Positions 51,016-60,116 are shown, numbered from the stretch's first letter. The stretch: DNA of 64,000 nucleotides from an uncultured Nitrososphaerota archaeon (GCA_963838925.1 CAWISW010000001.1:288001-352000); one strand, 5' to 3'. Notes: generated by a model not told the origin, from the sequence alone. Made by a program: numbers and translations.

Positions 51016-51518
51016 CCAGCTCTCCCAAGACGCCGGTGAAGATCAGGGTCAACGGCGAGGACCGCACCAAGGAGGTCGAGCCTCGCATGCTCCTGGTGCA
51101 CTTCCTGAGGGAGGATCTCGGCCTGACGGGAACCCACGTGGGGTGCGACACCTCCAACTGCGGCGCGTGCACGGTCCTCCTCGACGGCAAGTCGGTGAAG
51201 TCCTGCACGGTCTTCGCCGTCCAGGCCGACGGCACCGAGCTGACGACGATCGAAGGGATGCAGGACGCGGACGGCCAGCTCCACCCCATCCAGAAGGCGT
51301 TCTGGGAGAACCACGGCCTCCAGTGCGGCTACTGCACCCCCGGGATGGTGATGCAGGCGGCCTGGCTGCTGAGCGAGAACCCTCACCCCTCGGAGAGGGA
51401 GATACGCCTGGGGATCTCAGGGAACCTTTGCAGGTGCACGGGCTATCAAAATATTGTAAAGTCCATCGACGAGGCCGCGAAGGCCATGAGCTCAAAAGGG
51501 AAGGACGCGCGCCGATGA
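51012..51518 (+). CDS. coxS: CO/xanthine dehydrogenase 2Fe-2S subunit (CoxS/CutS)
   Basis: [27 protein letters not shown]. Confidence 0.93.
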   Translation: MTSSPKTPVKIRVNGEDRTKEVEPRMLLVHFLREDLGLTGTHVGCDTSNCGACTVLLDGKSVKSCTVFAVQADGTELTTIEGMQDADGQLHPIQKAFWENHGLQCGYCTPGMVMQAAWLLSENPHPSEREIRLGISGNLCRCTGYQNIVKSIDEAAKAMSSKGKDARR

Positions 51519-51533
51519 GCCTAGGTGCCTAGG

Positions 51534-51725
51534 TCACTTGGTGACGAGCGGGGCTGGGGCCGTCTGTAGCCTGTGCGCCCGGCCGTGCCTGTACATGTGG
51601 ATGTAACAGTACTTGGCTCCGCACACATGGCAGGTGAAGAAGTACTCTTTCCCAAGAGCCTTTCCGCAAAAACTGCAACTTGCAGTCTTGCTCGTCTTTG
51701 ACTCCGGGTACATCTCGTTTGCCAT
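51534..51725 (-). CDS. Small AN1-like zinc-finger protein
   Basis: CSFC...FTCHVC...YCYIH...H pattern. Confidence 0.7.
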   Translation of the reverse strand: MANEMYPESKTSKTASCSFCGKALGKEYFFTCHVCGAKYCYIHMYRHGRAHRLQTAPAPLVTK

Positions 51726-51772
51726 GCCCTACTCTGCAAGGCTTTGTAGGCCATGGTGATTCTTAAGCATAG

Positions 51773-51813
51773 ATATTGGAATATTGGAATACTCAAACCA
51801 ATATTGCAATATT
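51773..51813. promoter_or_regulatory. AT-rich array of ATATT(G) motifs (putative operator)
   Basis: ATATTGGA twice in tandem, then overlapping palindromes CAATATTG and AATATTGCAATATT, upstream of the zinc-finger gene's TATA. Confidence 0.5.
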
Positions 51814-51820
51814 TGCACAA

Positions 51821-52765
51821 TTACGCGTTGTGCCCGACGACCATCTGCCCCACCACCGACGTCCACGCCCTTGCGCAGTTCCCCGGGTCGTACCCTCCCC
51901 CTCCCAAGGCGACCATCCTCCCTCCGCAAGTCCTGTGCGCGACCTGATGCAACGCTCTTGCGACCCGGGCGTGGAATTCTTCCGAAAATTTCAGCCCCCC
52001 GATGGGGTCGCCCGCCAGCCCGTCGGCCCCGCATTGGAGGATGACGAACTCCGGGTCCGCGCGGGTTGCAAATTCTTCAAGTTTCGGCAGGATGTCGCGG
52101 ATTCGCTCGTCTCCCTCGCCCGGGAGGAGGGGGACGTTGAGCTTGGTGCCCCTTGCTGCGCCGATTCCCGTCTCGTCCTCCCTGCCGCTGCCCGGATACA
52201 GGAACCTCCCGTCCTCGTGGACGTCGAAGATGAAGACATCGGGGTCGGACACGTAGGGATAGAAGACCCCGTCGCCGTGGTGCACGTCGATGTCCACGTA
52301 GAGGATCCTCCTGAGGCCCCTCTTCCTGAGCAGCTCGATGGCCACGCCTATGTCGTTGAAGACGCAGAAGCCCGCCGAGCGGTCCGGGCGGGCGTGGTGG
52401 AGGCCCCCCACCGGGTTGAAGCCGTGGTCCGCCTCCCCGTCGACGACCATCTGCACGCAGGACAGCGTCGACCCGACCGCAGTCTCCGCGGCCTCGAGGA
52501 CTCCCTTGAACGCGGGGGTGTCCCCCTCGTCGAGGAAGCCGTAGCCGAGGGTCGAGGCCTTCTTCACGAACTCGACGTGGCCCTTCTTGTGGAATAGCTC
52601 GAGGGTCTCCTCGTCGGCCTGCTCCGGTTCCACATCCACTTCCCCGAGCCGCATCTTGGCGAGGGCCTCCCAGAAGGCCACCACTCTTGCCGAGTTGAAG
52701 GGGTGGGGCGCGGGGAACGAGTACCTGAGCAGGCCTTCCCCCTTGACGACGCATGCGCGGCACAT
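51821..52765 (-). CDS. Histone deacetylase family protein (AcuC-like)
   Basis: GGLHHA, GFCVFND, DIDVHHGDG, QCGAD, GGGGY. Confidence 0.92.
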   Translation of the reverse strand: MCRACVVKGEGLLRYSFPAPHPFNSARVVAFWEALAKMRLGEVDVEPEQADEETLELFHKKGHVEFVKKASTLGYGFLDEGDTPAFKGVLEAAETAVGSTLSCVQMVVDGEADHGFNPVGGLHHARPDRSAGFCVFNDIGVAIELLRKRGLRRILYVDIDVHHGDGVFYPYVSDPDVFIFDVHEDGRFLYPGSGREDETGIGAARGTKLNVPLLPGEGDERIRDILPKLEEFATRADPEFVILQCGADGLAGDPIGGLKFSEEFHARVARALHQVAHRTCGGRMVALGGGGYDPGNCARAWTSVVGQMVVGHNA

Positions 52766-52775
52766 GGGGCTCGGG

Positions 52776-53828
52776 TCACATCTTGGTTGCCAGAGAAGAG
52801 ACGGCGGTCCTGAGGGAGTCCGCCCCGGCCTTCACGAGCTCCGACGGCCTGACCATGCCCATGCCTTTGAGGAGCTCTTCGGAGATCAGCCTGTTCGGGC
52901 CTGACGTCAGCTCCCCGGTCACGTTGGAGTAGTCGGGCTCCTTGTCGAGGGCGTAGCAGTGCATGGCGTGGATGTCGAGGACCGACCTGACCACCTCGTA
53001 CCCGAGGAACGAGTAGCACTCTACCGTGTCCAGCGACTGGAGCAGCTCCGTCGCCTTGCCGCGCACTATCGCCATCGCGTCGTCAGCCCGGTACCTGCCG
53101 AACCTCAGCGACATCTGCATGTCCATGGCGGTGGTCCGCATGACGTCGTAGAGGACGGAGACGGTCTCCAGGCGGTTCTCGCAGGACGCCCTCGAGGCGA
53201 GCCTGAACCCCGACGCCTCGGTCCACTCCTTGAAGCTCGCAGACTTCCTCCTGGAGAGCCCCTTCATCTGGGCGAAGAGGTGGCTGGGCGAGGGCACCTG
53301 GAGGCTGGAGAATATCTCCGAGAAGCAGAGGTCGGTCGAGGCCGACGTCAGCCAAAAGTCTGCCTCAGGCAGGTTCTGCGCGACGTTCTGGTCCACCCTC
53401 CCCAGGGCCTTCAGCGCGGCGGCGAGGTGGGACTCCGCCGCCTTGGCGCAGTTCTCCCTGAACTTCCTGTCGCAGTTCGCGACGGTGCCGGCAAGGAGCA
53501 GCGAGCCGTCCCTCAGGATCTTTGCCCTCGCGAGCGCGGCGGCGAGCTCCGGGTCCGGGTTGCGCAGCTCCCTCTCGGGCCTGAACACTATCTTCGCGTA
53601 GAACTCGCCCGCGCGCACGTACTTCGGGGGCGTGGGGTCCTTGCTGACCACGATGAGGTCGTACTCGCAGCTCTTCCTCGCCATCCTCGCCGTGTGGCAT
53701 CCCACGATGGCCACCTCGTTCGAGGGGTACGTCTTCAGCACGCTGAGGATCGTCTGCGTGTTCGGGTCGACATCCTGCGAGGGCGGAGGGACTCCGCGCG
53801 TCCTCGAGGCGGCAGGCCTGCGGCTCAT
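52776..53828 (-). CDS. Conserved hypothetical protein with degenerate nucleotidyltransferase-like N-domain
   Basis: VAIVGC...CEYDLIVV, followed by a helical domain. Confidence 0.5.
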   Translation of the reverse strand: MSRRPAASRTRGVPPPSQDVDPNTQTILSVLKTYPSNEVAIVGCHTARMARKSCEYDLIVVSKDPTPPKYVRAGEFYAKIVFRPERELRNPDPELAAALARAKILRDGSLLLAGTVANCDRKFRENCAKAAESHLAAALKALGRVDQNVAQNLPEADFWLTSASTDLCFSEIFSSLQVPSPSHLFAQMKGLSRRKSASFKEWTEASGFRLASRASCENRLETVSVLYDVMRTTAMDMQMSLRFGRYRADDAMAIVRGKATELLQSLDTVECYSFLGYEVVRSVLDIHAMHCYALDKEPDYSNVTGELTSGPNRLISEELLKGMGMVRPSELVKAGADSLRTAVSSLATKM

Positions 53829-53847
53829 CGCTCCATCCCCATTCCCC

Positions 53848-54870
53848 TCAGTCCGTTATGAGCGCCTTCATGCACTGCTGCTCGGCCGCCGCAGCGAAGG
53901 CCTGCTCCGACTCCGCCAGGGGGAACCTGTGCGTGATGAGGTCGGTGACCGAGACCGCGCCCGCCGCCAAGAGCTTCGTCGCCGACGCCGTCTCATTCTC
54001 GCTCGACGCGTAGCTCGTCACCACGGACGTCCCGTTGAGGAACATCTGCGCGAGGTCGATCGTCCCCTTCGCCCCCCTCTTCGGCGCACCGAAGAGCAGC
54101 ACCCGCCCGCCCCTCGCAGCCTGCCTCGTGGCGTCCTCGAAGGCCGAGGTGCTCGCGGTCGCGACCACCACGAGCTCGGGCCCTCCCGGCATCGCTGTCC
54201 GGAGCGTCCTCTCCTTCTCCTCCTGGTTCGCGGGGTTGAAGACGACATCCGCGCCGACCTTGCGGGAGAAGGAGTTCCGGTACTCGCTCACGTCGCCCAC
54301 GGCGACGTTCTTGATCCCCGCGTGGCGAAGAAGCTTGAAGATCATGAGCCCCACTGGACCGGCGCCGTAGATCGCAGCGCCCCGCACGCGTTGCACGACC
54401 GCGGTCTCCAGCCCCAGGATGCAGCACGAGAGCGGCTCGATGAAGCTCGCCTCCTCGTAGCCGAGGCCCTCGGGGAGCTCGATCACCGCCCCGCGGTCGA
54501 CGTTGAACTTGGGCACGATGAAGCGCTCCGCCAGCCCGCACGGCTCGAGGTTGTGCTTCGCGAACTCGTAGCAGTAGGTGGTCTTCCCTCGCTTGCATAT
54601 GTCGCACGACAGGCAGGGGACGTGGTGGTGCGCGAACACCCTCATCCCGCGAGAGACGTTCTGCACGCCGCGGCCGACCTCCTCCACCTCTCCCACCGCC
54701 TCGTGACCCAGGATCTTGGTGGTTATCCCGACTCCCTGGACCTTCTCGAGGTCGGTACCGCAGACCCCGCAGCACTTTAGCTTGACGAGGACCTCCCCCT
54801 CCGCTGGGGATGGCTCGGGGACGTCCTCGATCCTTACGCCCCCGGCTTGCCCGACAAGCGCAGCTTTCAT
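53848..54870 (-). CDS. Zn-dependent alcohol/polyol dehydrogenase
   Basis: CGVCGTD, GHE, CLSCDIC...C, GAGPVG. Confidence 0.92.
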   Translation of the reverse strand: MKAALVGQAGGVRIEDVPEPSPAEGEVLVKLKCCGVCGTDLEKVQGVGITTKILGHEAVGEVEEVGRGVQNVSRGMRVFAHHHVPCLSCDICKRGKTTYCYEFAKHNLEPCGLAERFIVPKFNVDRGAVIELPEGLGYEEASFIEPLSCCILGLETAVVQRVRGAAIYGAGPVGLMIFKLLRHAGIKNVAVGDVSEYRNSFSRKVGADVVFNPANQEEKERTLRTAMPGGPELVVVATASTSAFEDATRQAARGGRVLLFGAPKRGAKGTIDLAQMFLNGTSVVTSYASSENETASATKLLAAGAVSVTDLITHRFPLAESEQAFAAAAEQQCMKALITD

Positions 54871-54951
54871 TCTGAGTTACGTGAGCTCCTTCTTGAGAAG
54901 GCTATAAGCGCGCGCATGAAAAATCCATGTCGGCATCCCTGCTCGCCCAGC

Positions 54952-55080
54952 TCACTTTGGAAGTCCGGAGACGTCCTCACAATCGAGCAGTGCGCCGCAG
55001 TTCGGGCATTGATACTTACAAGTGCTGATCTGGACCATCATCGTGCCACAGTAGCAGCGCTCGCCGCTCTGTCTCGACAT
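54952..55080 (-). CDS. Small CPxCG-type zinc-finger protein (42 aa, not in ORF track)
   Basis: Manual translation: MSRQSGERCYCGTMMVQISTCKYQCPNCGALLDCEDVSGLPK. Confidence 0.65.
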   Translation of the reverse strand: MSRQSGERCYCGTMMVQISTCKYQCPNCGALLDCEDVSGLPK

Positions 55081-55196
55081 GCGCACCGAGTACCTCAAAA
55101 CCGAGAAACCCCGCCTCGCTAAAAGCACTTCCGCGCTCCTGCGTTCCCGCGGAGCCTTGGTTTATCTACGGACCTAGGCGTCGGAGATGGGCAGTC

Positions 55197-55997
55197 TTGG
55201 CGAAGGGTAGCGACAAGTGGGGGCAGGGTGGCGGGCCGAGGATCCGGGTCGAGGTCATCCTCGCCGTCCTCGTGGCCGTGAGCTTGGTCGGCGTCTACTT
55301 CTACTACCTCGAGGGTCGCGGGCTCTCGGGCACCGAGCAGGGAGGGGTCACGACGGTCACCACGACCGGCATCGGCTGCAACGACAGCAGCTTGCCCCCG
55401 GCCGCCGAGAGCGTGGAGGCAAACCCGACGTTCTTGAACCTCAGCGACGGGCTCTGCTACAACTACATGGGGGGGTCGGTGCCCTCCGTCATGCTCTTCG
55501 CCTACTACAACGGCACCATCGCGTACCCGTGCGGAGACGCGCCCTTTCTCCTGCCCGCTTCCGTCATCCAGGTCCAGACAGACGGCTCGGGGGGAGTCAC
55601 CGCCGCCCAATTGGTGAGCCCGAGCGCGGCCGCTCCCCCAGCAGAGAGGTGCGCTTCAGCGATCCCCCTCGAGGTCGCGTCGGTCACCAGCGTCGAGTCC
55701 ACGATCCCCGCGGTCCCGCAGCTGAACGTCACCCTCACCGTCCCGGTCGGAGGGATGCCCATCGCCAGCGTCCAGGCGGTCTTGACCCTCGACGGGGGGT
55801 CGCAGAAGTTCCAGTTCAACGGCGTGACCGCCACAACGCCGCTGACCTCTCCCAACTCGGTCTCGAGCACGGAGATAGTCCTCTCTGACCTCGCCTTCAG
55901 CGGCAACGAGGTCTACCCTATGACCATCTCAGGCACATACAGCGGAGGGCAGACCTTCAGCTACGTCGTCCACTTCCAAGTATACGGGGCACCCTGA
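55197..55997 (+). CDS. Membrane-anchored extracellular hypothetical protein
   Basis: N-terminal TM helix and an S/T/V-rich beta-like ectodomain with 4 Cys. Confidence 0.7.
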   Translation: MAKGSDKWGQGGGPRIRVEVILAVLVAVSLVGVYFYYLEGRGLSGTEQGGVTTVTTTGIGCNDSSLPPAAESVEANPTFLNLSDGLCYNYMGGSVPSVMLFAYYNGTIAYPCGDAPFLLPASVIQVQTDGSGGVTAAQLVSPSAAAPPAERCASAIPLEVASVTSVESTIPAVPQLNVTLTVPVGGMPIASVQAVLTLDGGSQKFQFNGVTATTPLTSPNSVSSTEIVLSDLAFSGNEVYPMTISGTYSGGQTFSYVVHFQVYGAP

Positions 55998-56095
55998 CGG
56001 GCAGTTTCGGTGGAAAACGCGCGAAAAGGGTTTTAGCCATGCGTTTGCACATGGAAATCCAGCTTTTGCCGCCACCGCAGGACTCGGACGAAGGG

Positions 56096-56326
56096 ATGCC
56101 CAGGCTTGTCAGGAGGAACCCTAGCAAGCCCGTGACGAAGTACTGCGTCAACTGCCTCGCCCCGCTTGAGAAGGGGAGCGAGCTCGGCGGCTGGCTCGTG
56201 CCCCAGGACTACTACTGCAAGAAGTGCGGCTACAAGGGGTACGTCTACCTCGAGGACAGGAGGAGCGAGGACGAGGAGGAAAGGCGCGAAAAGGCGCAAT
56301 CGTCGGCCGAGCGCCGAGACCCATAA
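56096..56326 (+). CDS. Small zinc-ribbon protein
   Basis: YCVNC...GWLVP..YYCKKCGYKG. Confidence 0.7.
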   Translation: MPRLVRRNPSKPVTKYCVNCLAPLEKGSELGGWLVPQDYYCKKCGYKGYVYLEDRRSEDEEERREKAQSSAERRDP

Positions 56327-56331
56327 CCAAG

Positions 56332-57492
56332 TTGTCCCCCAAGGCGAGGGCCCTCAACCCGCCCCTCTCGGAACCCGACGACCCAGAGCCTTATCCGAAG
56401 GTGAACTGGCTCTTCTTCTTCGTCGGCATCATCATCTTCACGGTGGCTATGATGTTCGTGTCGTTCCCGGCCGGCCTCTACACCGTCTTCGGGACGCACC
56501 TCTCGAACAGCTACACAGCCTCCACCCGCGTCACCGCCCTGACCTACGACTTTGTCTTCGCGAGCGTGCAGATCCCTGTCTTCGGCCCAATCTTCAGCAC
56601 CCTGGGAGGCATCTTCGTTCTCTTCTCCGCGATCTACTTCGCGTTCCTCGTGTTCGCGGCGAGGCAGGGCTCCGGCCTCCTCGGGGCGCTCCGCTCGTCC
56701 ACCACAAGGGGGTACGACGCGCTCTTCACGAACCCCCTCGCCGCCACCACGGTGCTGGTCGGGGCGACCAGCCTCATGACCCAGCTGGTCGACTCGGTCC
56801 AGACGAACGCCGGGATCTCCACGGGATCGCTGAGTGGGGACCCGTTCTCGCTGCTCGTGGACTTCACCGTCGCCCCCCTGCTCGAAGAGACCACGTTCAG
56901 GGTGATAATGCTGGGCATCCCGGTGCTGGTGCTCTCCCTCATCCTGCTCCGGGGCTTCTCTCTGAAAAAGGCGGCCAAGGTCTTGTGGCGCCCGTCCTCT
57001 TTCTGGGACGTCGACGAGACCGAGGAGGTGGTGACGCCGCGCACATTCAGCGATACGAGCCCGTCGATCTTCCCTGACCAGCAAGCAGACTCTCTCAAGG
57101 TGAGGGCGATGAAGCCAATCGTCTACGTGTTCCTGCTCCTCTCCTCCCTCATCTTCGGATATGCGCACTACGCCTCCGGGGCCGGGTGGGGGCCGGGAAA
57201 GATCAGCGAAGCAGCCCTCGCCGGGCTCGCCCTGGGCTACCTGTATGTCAAGTACGGCTTCCACACCAACGTCCTGCTCCACTGGTCGATCAACTACGTG
57301 GGGAGCGTCTTCTCGTTCCTCGCCCAGGGCCTCTGGGGGGTGCCTTGGACCTCCAACACGGGGAGCTTCCTTGACGTCATCCCCACCGTCGAGATAATCT
57401 TCCTCCTAGGCGTGCCGTCAGCGCTCATCGTGGCAAACGAGCTGCTGAAGCAGGCAATGGGCGGGAAGAAGAAGGGGCTGCCGGCGCTCTAG
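56332..57492 (+). CDS. CPBP/CAAX (Abi) intramembrane metalloprotease
   Basis: Motifs EETTFR, FGYAHY, HWSIN in a polytopic membrane protein. Confidence 0.88.
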   Translation: MSPKARALNPPLSEPDDPEPYPKVNWLFFFVGIIIFTVAMMFVSFPAGLYTVFGTHLSNSYTASTRVTALTYDFVFASVQIPVFGPIFSTLGGIFVLFSAIYFAFLVFAARQGSGLLGALRSSTTRGYDALFTNPLAATTVLVGATSLMTQLVDSVQTNAGISTGSLSGDPFSLLVDFTVAPLLEETTFRVIMLGIPVLVLSLILLRGFSLKKAAKVLWRPSSFWDVDETEEVVTPRTFSDTSPSIFPDQQADSLKVRAMKPIVYVFLLLSSLIFGYAHYASGAGWGPGKISEAALAGLALGYLYVKYGFHTNVLLHWSINYVGSVFSFLAQGLWGVPWTSNTGSFLDVIPTVEIIFLLGVPSALIVANELLKQAMGGKKKGLPAL

Positions 57493-57606
57493 CCGCGTTA
57501 GAATCCGCATGGGTTCAGGCTGAGAAAACCATGCGTTCACTGGGGGCAATCCGACCGTGGGGTTAGATTTTGCACGGGGGAAAGTGACTTTCGGTCATGC
57601 AAAGAG

Positions 57607-57622
57607 CAGATTTATAAATCTG
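57607..57622 (+). promoter_or_regulatory. TATA box embedded in a perfect 16-bp palindrome
   Basis: CAGATTTATAAATCTG, with the TATA about 30 bp upstream of ATG 57641. Confidence 0.65.
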
Positions 57623-57640
57623 GATTAACGTGAAACGGAC

Positions 57641-57778
57641 ATGGAACTCGACCAGAAGGTCAGATACGCTCTAGTGGCTTTCGCTCTAACCTCGGCAATC
57701 CTGGCAGGGCTCGGGATTCACACGGGGCAGCTAGGCATGCACTTGAAGGCGCTAGAGATCGGCGGCGGGATGGACTAG
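57641..57778 (+). CDS. Small hydrophobic/secreted peptide (45 aa, not in ORF track)
   Basis: Manual translation: MELDQKVRYALVAFALTSAILAGLGIHTGQLGMHLKALEIGGGMD. It has its own strong TATA. Confidence 0.7.
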   Translation: MELDQKVRYALVAFALTSAILAGLGIHTGQLGMHLKALEIGGGMD

Positions 57779-57784
57779 CGGTCG

Positions 57785-58957
57785 CTAGCTTAGGTCTCGA
57801 ATCTTAAGCACGATGCCCTCGAGGCGGGGCATGAGCGCGGCGCTGTCAAAGGTCCAGCGGCCGGTCCGCTCGTCCCAAAGGTTGTGGCCTATGGTGAACG
57901 ACTTCATCTCCCTCCTGTCGAGCAAGAACATCTCTGCTCTGTTTCCATAAGGCTTCAGAAGCCTCTTCAGATACTCGAGCGCTTCGTTCACGACTTCCAG
58001 CGGGAAGAACAGCTGCGAGTAGTAGGCGTCGCCCGCGGCCTCGGACCAGAGGAAGGGAAGGCGATTCAGCATGCTCCGAAGCGTCATCTTCTCCTGCTCG
58101 CTCATCTCGCGGACGATCAGCGAGACGCCAAGGTACTCGTGCTTCCCGAACTTCTGGAGCCTTTCGGCGCTGAAGTCGTACTTCATTCCGTTCCAGGTTA
58201 TCGAGTAGTCCCTGATTAGCCTCTGGCCCAGGACGTGATGCGCGTAGTGCCAGCCGAGCGTCTTGTAGTTGACGTCGATGCCGTTCACCTTCTTGATTGC
58301 CGCCCGAATCTCCATCAAGGAGCGGTCGCCGTCCTTCCAAAGCTCCTTCAGGATGAGCAGGTCGATCTTGTCCACTCTCTTCCTCTCGGAGATTGTTGCC
58401 CGGGCGGCTCTTTCGTCGACGGGTGGCGGCCTGCTCCAGTCGAAATCCCAAACGCCCTCGTCGAAGTTGAAGCACTCGGCTCGCATCGGCGAGACCCTGA
58501 ACCAGGGGCAGTCGAAGAACTCGACCGAAGAGAAGACCCCCTTCTCCGCAAGGCTCTCGATGAAGCGGTGGAACTCCTTAGTGAACTCTCGCGGAACTCC
58601 GGCGTGGACTATGTACGTGTCTTGAGGCATGGTTCCCGCATACGCCACGACGTAGCACGTCTCGCTCATCGCCTCGAAGAGCTCGTGCGCCTTCTTGCTG
58701 TAGGGGTCGCAGACCTTGAGCTTCATCACGACCCTGGTCAGTCCTAGGGCGCCGTAGTCGACGTCTGCCTTTATCTGAAAACCCCTCTTGACTATCTTCT
58801 CCTTGTATCGGTACCTGACGCTCTCCTTGAACTGCCCCAGCCGCCTCGATATCTCGGCGATGTCGGGACCTATCTCCGTGATCAGCTTTACGAGCGCGAC
58901 CGTGTTTTCACTGGCATCGTGCTGAACTCCGTCGCTTTGTGGCGGCACGACATCCAA
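57785..58957 (-). CDS. Tandem (two-module) Lrp/AsnC-like transcriptional regulator
   Basis: HTH1 IAEISRRLG..KESVRYR with VDYGALGL; HTH2 DKIDLLILKEL..DGDRSL. Each is followed by an effector-like domain. Confidence 0.75.
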   Translation of the reverse strand: MDVVPPQSDGVQHDASENTVALVKLITEIGPDIAEISRRLGQFKESVRYRYKEKIVKRGFQIKADVDYGALGLTRVVMKLKVCDPYSKKAHELFEAMSETCYVVAYAGTMPQDTYIVHAGVPREFTKEFHRFIESLAEKGVFSSVEFFDCPWFRVSPMRAECFNFDEGVWDFDWSRPPPVDERAARATISERKRVDKIDLLILKELWKDGDRSLMEIRAAIKKVNGIDVNYKTLGWHYAHHVLGQRLIRDYSITWNGMKYDFSAERLQKFGKHEYLGVSLIVREMSEQEKMTLRSMLNRLPFLWSEAAGDAYYSQLFFPLEVVNEALEYLKRLLKPYGNRAEMFLLDRREMKSFTIGHNLWDERTGRWTFDSAALMPRLEGIVLKIRDLS

Positions 58958-59065
58958 GAAATTATTACAGGCTCGAAGTACGGAGTTTCTATATTACGTG
59001 TTATGGAATGGGCTTCTAGATTCCGCCTTCTGCGAGCAGCCGAGCGCGAGTCTATTCGCAGTCTA

Positions 59066-60013
59066 CTAGATTCCGAGCGCCGAGCGCAGGCCCTTGTACC
59101 TGTTCCTGATGGTAACCTCGGTGACGCCCGCAGCCTCTGCGACGTCCCGTTGGGTCTTGTCCTCACCTTCGAGGGTGCAGGACACGTAGAGCGCGGCCGC
59201 CGCGAGGCCCATCGGGTCCTTCCCGGCCGAGATCCGCGCCTCCTCCGCCTTCTTGAGTATCTCTAGAGCCCGCCTCTTGGTCCTCTCCGAGAGCTGCGCC
59301 CTCGACGCGATCCTCGAGACGCACTTCGTGGGGTCGACCACGGGCATCTTGATGTCCATCTCCTTCAGGAGCAGCCTGTAGCACCTGGCGATGTCCTTCT
59401 TCTTCACGTTGGAGACGTTCGCGAGGTCCTTGAGCGTCCTCGGGGTCTCCCTGTCCCTGCAGGCCGCGTACAGGGAGGCGGCGATTATCGCGGAGATGGA
59501 CCTTCCCCTCACCAGCCCCCTCTCCAGAGCCTTCCTGTAGATGTAAGCAGCCTTCTCGACAACGGCGTCGGAGACGGAGAGCTTGTCAGAGAGCCTGTCC
59601 AGCTCGCTGAAGGCCTGCCTGAGGTTCCTGTCCTGGGGCTCGTGGACCTGGCTCCTGCTGTCCCACGTCCTCAGCCTCTCCACCGTCGCCTTCATCGATC
59701 CCGAGAGAGACTTGCCGGAGGCGTCCTTGTTGACGGCTCCTATGACCGTGGCCAGGCCCATGTCGTGCATGGCTATCGAGGTCGGGATGCCGCCCCTCGA
59801 CCTGTCGTCCTTCTCCTCCTTGGAGAACGCCCTCCATTCGGGGCCCGTCTCCTCTATCTTTTCCTTTACCACGAACCCGCAGCTGCTGCAAACCAGCTCT
59901 CCCCCGGCGTTGTCCACGACCATGGGACCCTTCCCGCACCTGGGGCACTTGTCCAGCGCCTTCTGCAACCTCATCAGCCTCGAGAAATCTCTTTCAGATG
60001 ACAAGCAATACAC
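59066..60013 (-). CDS. tfb: Transcription initiation factor IIB
   Basis: Zn ribbon CPRC...CSSCG, GPEWRAF, two cyclin repeats, GKDP.GLAAA, VTEVTIRNRYK. Confidence 0.97.
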   Translation of the reverse strand: MYCLSSERDFSRLMRLQKALDKCPRCGKGPMVVDNAGGELVCSSCGFVVKEKIEETGPEWRAFSKEEKDDRSRGGIPTSIAMHDMGLATVIGAVNKDASGKSLSGSMKATVERLRTWDSRSQVHEPQDRNLRQAFSELDRLSDKLSVSDAVVEKAAYIYRKALERGLVRGRSISAIIAASLYAACRDRETPRTLKDLANVSNVKKKDIARCYRLLLKEMDIKMPVVDPTKCVSRIASRAQLSERTKRRALEILKKAEEARISAGKDPMGLAAAALYVSCTLEGEDKTQRDVAEAAGVTEVTIRNRYKGLRSALGI

Positions 60014-60116
60014 TCCGGTAAGGCGTGAGCCAAACTTGCAAATCTTTTACACCTATTTAGCTTTTGTGGAGAATTAGGCCTTCTGAGGTTCAGGTTTGCA
60101 TCCGTTTTCTCCTTGG

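Noticed and set aside
50113-51518. Calling the locus an aerobic CO dehydrogenase
   Set aside because: Substrate identity depends on the large-subunit active-site motif, and that subunit is absent here.
59016-59075. 10-bp direct repeat CTAGATTCCG duplicating the tfb stop region (possible att site)
   Set aside because: The copies are only 50 bp apart. No integrase is present and I found no partner copy bounding an island, so the signal is too weak.
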